Shown: positions 59,159-64,000 of the stretch, in pieces
Layout: the number at the start of each line of letters is the position of its first letter
Position numbering within the stretch: position 1 is the first letter of the stretch
Source of the DNA: an uncultured Actinomycetes bacterium
GTDB taxonomy: Bacteria > Actinomycetota > Actinomycetes > Streptosporangiales > Streptosporangiaceae
NCBI GenBank assembly: GCA_963782185.1
Contig: CAWAJB010000024.1
Coordinates: 48,433 to 112,432 of the forward strand
DNA length: 64,000 bases
Reading direction: 5' to 3'
Made by a program: the position numbers and the translations under genes
Notes under the pieces: generated by a model
The model's database searches: none
What the model was told of the DNA's origin: nothing
Seen by the model: only the letters and a program-made list of their open reading frames with translations

Positions 59159-60889
59159 CTACAGTCCCAGTTCGGCCTCGAAGGCCCCTTCCTCCAGGCG
59201 GGTCTTCACGGTGCCCAGGAAGCGCGCCGCGTCGGCCCCGTCCACCAGCCGGTGGTCGTAGCTGAGGGCCAGGTACACCATGGACCGGACGGCGATCACC
59301 TCGCCGAGCGCGAGGTCCTGGACCACGACCGGCCGGCGCACGACCGTGCCGGTGCCGAGGATGCCGACCTGCGGCTGGTTGATGATCGGCGTGTCGAACA
59401 GCGCGCCACGGCTGCCCGTGTTGGTCAGCGTGAACGTGCCCCCGGCCAGGTCGTCGGGGCTGACCTGCCCGCCGCGGGTCCGGGCCGCCAGGTCCGCGAT
59501 CTTGCGGGCCAGGCCGCCGACGTTGAGGTCGCCGGCGTTGCGGATGACGGGGACCATCAGGCCCCGCTCGGTGTCCACGGCGATGCCGAGGTGCTCCGCG
59601 TCGTGGTAGGTGACCTCGTTGCCCTCCGGCTCCATGCTGGCGTTGAGCCGCGGGTGGACCTTCAGCGCCTCCACCGCAGCCAGCGCGAAGAACGGGAGGA
59701 AGGTGAGCTTGACTCCCTCACGGCCCTCGAAGTCGGCCTTGGCGCGGTCCCGGAGCCGGGCGATCGCGGTCACGTCGACCTCGACGACGGTCGTCAGCTG
59801 GGCTGACGTCTGCAGGGACTCGACCATCCGGCGCGCGATCAGCTGCCGGGCCCGCGACATCCGCTCGGTCGTGCCGCGCAGGTGTGACGGCTCGATCGCG
59901 GGCCGGGCCGGGCCCTGCCCCTGGCCAGGCTGGGCCTGCCCCTCGGCCGCCACGGACTGCTGGGCCGCCGCGATGGCCTCACGCCGGACCCGGGCCGCGT
60001 CCACCACGTCCTGCTTGCGGATCCTCCCGCCGACTCCGGTCCCGGTAACGGTGGCCAGGTCCACGTCGTGCTCGGAGGCCAGCTTGCGGACCAGCGGGGT
60101 CACGTAGGGGCCGTCGGCCGTGCCGAGCGGGGAGGCGGCCCGCGCCGGGTCACTGGCGGGCGCGCCCGCCAGTGGCGGAGGCGGAGGTGCCTGCTGCACT
60201 GGTGGCTGCTGCACCGATGGCTGCACGGGGGCCTGCTGACGCGGGGCCGGGGGGGCTGGCGGCGGAGCAGAGGCCGGCTCGGACCGCTGCCAGACGTCGC
60301 TGGCCGGCCCCCCGCCCGCGGCCGGGGGCGCGGTCGTCTCCTGCGGCGCGCTGGCCTGCGGTGCCTGCTCGTAGCTGGGCGGTACGGGAGGCTGGTACGC
60401 GGCCGGCTGCTGGTAGTCGGCCGCAGGCTCCTCGCCGCCGCCCCCGAAGCCGCCTTCCGCGGAGTACGGGTACCCCCCGGCGGCCGGGGGCTGAAGGTCC
60501 GGCGCCTGGCCGCCTGCCTCGTAGCCGCCGCCCTGGTGACCGTCCGCCGAGCTCTCGGCCGGGCTCTCCTCGGCCGGGCTCGCGGCGGCCGGGGCCGCTG
60601 TGGCCTGGCCGTCATTGCCGTCGCCTGCGGCGGGGGCCGCGGCCCCGGCGCCGGTCTCGTCGATGACGGCGAGTTCGGCGCCGACCGCGACGGTCTCGTC
60701 CTCGGCGACCGTGATGCCGCGCAGGATCCCGGCCACGGGGGACGGGATCTCGGTGTCGACCTTGTCTGTGGAGACCTCGAGCAGCGGCTCGTCCGCTTCT
60801 ACGCGCTCGCCCTCCCTCTTGAGCCAGCGGGTGACGGTGCCCTCGGTAACGCTCTCACCGAGCTGGGGCATGGATACGGAGACCGACAT
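59159..60889 (-). CDS. sucB: 2-oxoacid dehydrogenase E2 component (dihydrolipoyllysine-residue succinyl/acyltransferase) with one lipoyl domain and a long P/A/Q/G/Y-rich linker
   Basis: MPQLGESVTEGTVTRWLKREGERVEADEPLLEVSTDKVDTEIPSP (lipoyl-Lys), PYVTPLVRKLASEHDVDL (E3-binding domain) and LSYDHRLVDGADAARFL (catalytic His). The start at 60889 is internal to the 879-aa track ORF. Confidence 0.9.
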   Translation of the reverse strand: MSVSVSMPQLGESVTEGTVTRWLKREGERVEADEPLLEVSTDKVDTEIPSPVAGILRGITVAEDETVAVGAELAVIDETGAGAAAPAAGDGNDGQATAAPAAASPAEESPAESSADGHQGGGYEAGGQAPDLQPPAAGGYPYSAEGGFGGGGEEPAADYQQPAAYQPPVPPSYEQAPQASAPQETTAPPAAGGGPASDVWQRSEPASAPPPAPPAPRQQAPVQPSVQQPPVQQAPPPPPLAGAPASDPARAASPLGTADGPYVTPLVRKLASEHDVDLATVTGTGVGGRIRKQDVVDAARVRREAIAAAQQSVAAEGQAQPGQGQGPARPAIEPSHLRGTTERMSRARQLIARRMVESLQTSAQLTTVVEVDVTAIARLRDRAKADFEGREGVKLTFLPFFALAAVEALKVHPRLNASMEPEGNEVTYHDAEHLGIAVDTERGLMVPVIRNAGDLNVGGLARKIADLAARTRGGQVSPDDLAGGTFTLTNTGSRGALFDTPIINQPQVGILGTGTVVRRPVVVQDLALGEVIAVRSMVYLALSYDHRLVDGADAARFLGTVKTRLEEGAFEAELGL

Positions 60890-60963
60890 GGCTTCCCGTG
60901 ACTCCTTCGCTGTTCGACGCTCACAGTTGCGGCTGTGCTGGGGGATGCGTGGCCCGGCCCGGG

Positions 60964-62364
60964 CTACGCGTGCATGTGCAGGGGCTTCCCGGCGAGCGCA
61001 AGGTGCGCCTCGCCGATCAGCTCGGACTGGGTGGGGTGCGGGTGGATGAGCTGCGCCACGTCGAACGGCAGCGCCTCCCAGTTGTAGATCAGCTGGCCTT
61101 CGGCGATCAGCTCGCCGACCCGGGCGCCGACCAGGTGGATGCCCAGCACCGGCCCGGGCGTGCCATCCGGCCCGCCGCTGGCCGCCGCGATCAGCTTCGC
61201 CGCGCCCTGGGTCTGCAGGATGACGCTCTTGCCGTTGCCGCCGATCGGGTAGCTGAGCTCGGTGACCTCGATGCCGCGCTCGGCGGCCATCGCGGAGGTG
61301 ATGCCCACCGACGCGACCTCCGGGTCGCTGTAGGTGACCCGCGGCACGCCGTCGTAGTCGATGGGCGTGACCTTCAGGCCGGCCAGCCGCTCCGCCACCA
61401 GGATGCCCTCGGCGAACCCGGCGTGAGCCAGCTGCGGGCCGGGGATCAGGTCCCCGACCGCGGAGATCGTCGGCACGTTGGTGCGGCAGTACTCGTCGAC
61501 CTTCACGTGGCCGCGCTCCACCGCCACACCCGCCGCCTCGTAGCCGAGGCCTGCTGACACGGGCCCGCGGCCCACCGCGACCAGGAGCAGCTCGGTGTCC
61601 AGGGTCTTGCCGCCGGCCAGGCTGACCGTCAGGCCGCCGCCGCTGCCCTTCACACCCTCGAAGCGGGTACCCAGCTCGTAGCCGATGCCGCGGCGCCGGA
61701 ACGCCCGCTCCAGCAGTTTGGAGCTGGCCTCGTCTTCCAGCGGCACCAGGTGCGGCAGCATCTCGACGATCGTGACCTCGGCCCCGAATGAGCGCCACAC
61801 GCTGGCGAACTCCACCCCGATGACCCCGCCGCCGAGGATGACGGCCGACCTGGGCACCCGGTCCAGCCGGAGCGCGTGATCGCTGTTGATGACCCGCTCC
61901 CCGTCGATCTCCAGCCCGGGGAGGGTCTTCGCCTCCGACCCGGTGGCCAGCACGATGTGCGCGCCCTCGTAGACCGTGTCGCCGACCCGTACCTGGGTCG
62001 GCGAGACCAGCGTGCCGTCGCCGTAGACGATCTCGATCTTCCGGCTGGCCAGCGTGCTCTGCAGGCCCTTCCAGAGCCGGTCGACGACCTTGTCCTTGTA
62101 CGCGTGCACGCCGGGCATGTCGATCCCCTCGAAGGTGGACCGGACCCCGAAGGCCTCACCTTCCCGGGCCTGGTCAGCCACCTCCGCGGCGTGTAGCAGC
62201 GCCTTGGTGGGAATGCAGCCGCGATGCAGGCAGGTCCCCCCGACCTTGTCCTTCTCGATGAGCGCCACGCGCTTGCCGAGTTCGGCCGCCCGCAGCGCGC
62301 AGGCGTAGCCGCCGCTTCCGCCACCGAGGATGACGATGTCGTAGGAACCGTTGCTGTCCGCCAC
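60964..62364 (-). CDS. lpd: dihydrolipoyl dehydrogenase (E3)
   Basis: YDIVILGGGSGGYACA, the redox-active GGTCLHRGCIPTK, and C-terminal HPHPTQSE. Confidence 0.95.
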   Translation of the reverse strand: MADSNGSYDIVILGGGSGGYACALRAAELGKRVALIEKDKVGGTCLHRGCIPTKALLHAAEVADQAREGEAFGVRSTFEGIDMPGVHAYKDKVVDRLWKGLQSTLASRKIEIVYGDGTLVSPTQVRVGDTVYEGAHIVLATGSEAKTLPGLEIDGERVINSDHALRLDRVPRSAVILGGGVIGVEFASVWRSFGAEVTIVEMLPHLVPLEDEASSKLLERAFRRRGIGYELGTRFEGVKGSGGGLTVSLAGGKTLDTELLLVAVGRGPVSAGLGYEAAGVAVERGHVKVDEYCRTNVPTISAVGDLIPGPQLAHAGFAEGILVAERLAGLKVTPIDYDGVPRVTYSDPEVASVGITSAMAAERGIEVTELSYPIGGNGKSVILQTQGAAKLIAAASGGPDGTPGPVLGIHLVGARVGELIAEGQLIYNWEALPFDVAQLIHPHPTQSELIGEAHLALAGKPLHMHA

Positions 62365-62421
62365 AGATGCGCTCCTTGCTCCGATCAGTTGTCCCCGGCC
62401 GCCAGTAACATCCTGGCCCGG

Positions 62422-63942
62422 TTAGAGCCTTCCCTCCGCGGCGTCCAGTGCTATCTGCACCAGGGCCCTGGTCGCCGCGCCGGTCCCGCCCTTCGGGGTA
62501 TACCCGTGAGGCTGGCCGTCATTGAACGATGGGCCAGCGATGTCGAGGTGGGCCCAGCGCGCCCCGTCGGGCACGAACTCACGCAGGAACAGGCCGGCGA
62601 CGAGCATCCCGCCGTTGCGGTCCGGGGCCACGTTGGCCAGGTCGGCGACGGCCGAGTCCAGGCCCTTGCGCAGTTCCGGGGGTAGCGGCATCGGCCACAT
62701 GGCCTCGCCCGCCCGCCCCGCGGCGGCCACCACCGCGTCGCGCAGCGCGTCGTCGTTGGCCATCACCGCCGAGATCCGCGAGCCGAGCGCCACGATCTGG
62801 GCGCCGGTCAGCGTGGCCACGTCCACCACTACGTCGGGGGCGTCCTCCGCCGAGCGGGCCAGCGCGTCGGCGAGGACGAGCCGTCCCTCGGCGTCGGTGT
62901 TGAGCACCTCGACGGTCTTGCCGCCGTAGATGGTGAGCACGTCCGAGGGGCGCTGCGCGGTCCCGCTCGGCATGTTCTCCGCCATCGGCAGGTAGCCGAT
63001 GACCCGGACGGAAGGGGCCAGCGCCGCGATGGCCTGCATCGCGCCGATGATCGCGGCCGCGCCGCCCATGTCCGACTTCATGGTCTCCATGGACTTCGGC
63101 GGCTTCAACGAGAGCCCGCCGGAGTCGAACGTGATGCCCTTGCCGACGAACACCACCGTCGTATCCGCCTGCGGCGGCGCGTACTCCAGCCGCACCAGCC
63201 GCGGGGGGTGCGCCGACCCCTGGCCCACGCCCACGATCCCGCCGTAGCCGCTGCGCTCGAGCGCCTTCTCATCCAGGACTTCGGCCTGCAGGCCGGCCGC
63301 GGTGGCCACCCGCTCCGCCTCGTCCGCGAGGGTCTCGGGATACAGGTCCGAAGGAGCGGTGTTGACCAGGTCACGGGCGAGTGATACCGCGTCGGCGAGG
63401 ACCTGGGCGCGGCGGCGGATGCCGTCCGCATCATCCGCGGGGGTGAGCACGGTGATCGTGGCCAGCGGCAGGCGGTCCTGGCGGTACCGGGTGAACGCGT
63501 AGCCGCCCAGCAGTGCGCCGACCGCCACGGCCTCGGCGGCCGCGGGGTCGGGGGCGGGCAGCGAGAGCGCGATCCGCAGGCCGGCGCCGTTCCCGTTGGC
63601 TGCGGCGCGGCCGCTGGCGGCCAGCGTCCTGACGGCCGCGCCGGCCGCGCGGCGGAGCGTCTCCGGGTCGGCGGAGCCACTGCCGTCCGGGCCCAGGCCA
63701 ACCGCGGCGATCACCGGTGCGGTGACCGGCCCTCCACCCGGCAGCCGGGTGACCTCCTCCGCCTGCCCCGTGGCGCCGAGGGCGGCCAGGGTGGTGGCCA
63801 GGGCACCGCCGAGCGCGTGGTCGAGGTCGGCGGCCCCGGGAGCCAGGACGGGTCCGTCCTGGCCCTTGGTCACTCCGATGACGACAGCGTCCGCGTCGAT
63901 CGAGCTGGGCGTGCCGGTAGCGAGGGTGAGCGTCGTGGTCAC
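62422..63942 (-). CDS. pepA: leucyl aminopeptidase (M17 family)
   Basis: VGKGITFDSGGLSLKP and the NTDAEGRLVLADAL M17 signature. 506 aa. Confidence 0.9.
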   Translation of the reverse strand: MTTTLTLATGTPSSIDADAVVIGVTKGQDGPVLAPGAADLDHALGGALATTLAALGATGQAEEVTRLPGGGPVTAPVIAAVGLGPDGSGSADPETLRRAAGAAVRTLAASGRAAANGNGAGLRIALSLPAPDPAAAEAVAVGALLGGYAFTRYRQDRLPLATITVLTPADDADGIRRRAQVLADAVSLARDLVNTAPSDLYPETLADEAERVATAAGLQAEVLDEKALERSGYGGIVGVGQGSAHPPRLVRLEYAPPQADTTVVFVGKGITFDSGGLSLKPPKSMETMKSDMGGAAAIIGAMQAIAALAPSVRVIGYLPMAENMPSGTAQRPSDVLTIYGGKTVEVLNTDAEGRLVLADALARSAEDAPDVVVDVATLTGAQIVALGSRISAVMANDDALRDAVVAAAGRAGEAMWPMPLPPELRKGLDSAVADLANVAPDRNGGMLVAGLFLREFVPDGARWAHLDIAGPSFNDGQPHGYTPKGGTGAATRALVQIALDAAEGRL

Positions 63943-64000
63943 GGCTCTGATGCTAGTCCCTGCCCGGGCAGGACGATCACGCGTCGAGCATGGTGGGCCA

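Noticed and set aside
59159-61798. 879-aa track ORF suggesting a very long E2 protein overlapping lpd.
   Set aside because: The recognisable E2 sequence begins at MSVSVSMPQLGESVTEG (ATG 60889). Everything upstream is Arg/Gly/Pro-rich read-through that overlaps the well-supported lpd gene in another frame.

Overview
By eye this window is very GC-rich, and the gene content looks like chromosomal DNA from an actinomycete (Actinomycetota, Streptomyces- or Streptosporangiales-like). The backbone is a conserved core neighbourhood. On the right side are pepA, lpd, the E2 acyltransferase (sucB-like), lipB and lipA, then glnA. Further left are glnE, a GlnA2-like glutamine synthetase, nadE and panB. 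Several less conserved patches sit between these blocks:
- an MFS efflux pump with a TetR regulator, followed by a C-rich tandem repeat;
- a large SARP/NB-ARC/TPR regulator lying between the glnA2-like gene and glnE;
- a decayed patch at 23-28.6 kb (AraC regulator, VapC remnant, orphan DUF397 gene, ClC channel, GAP-family protein, truncated antiporter);
- a glycan-hydrolase cluster in which both glgX and a GH15 gene are frameshifted;
- a tightly packed cydA-cydB-(divergent Zwf)-ndh operon with no cydDC.

The last of these is my best candidate for an undescribed functional module.

I found no rRNA or tRNA genes, CRISPR arrays, transposases or integrases. Every call rests on reading the supplied translations and the DNA by eye. 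No database search was run, so family names reflect motif recognition and need confirmation. Many long ORFs in the track are antisense or alternate-frame artefacts of high GC and were not annotated.
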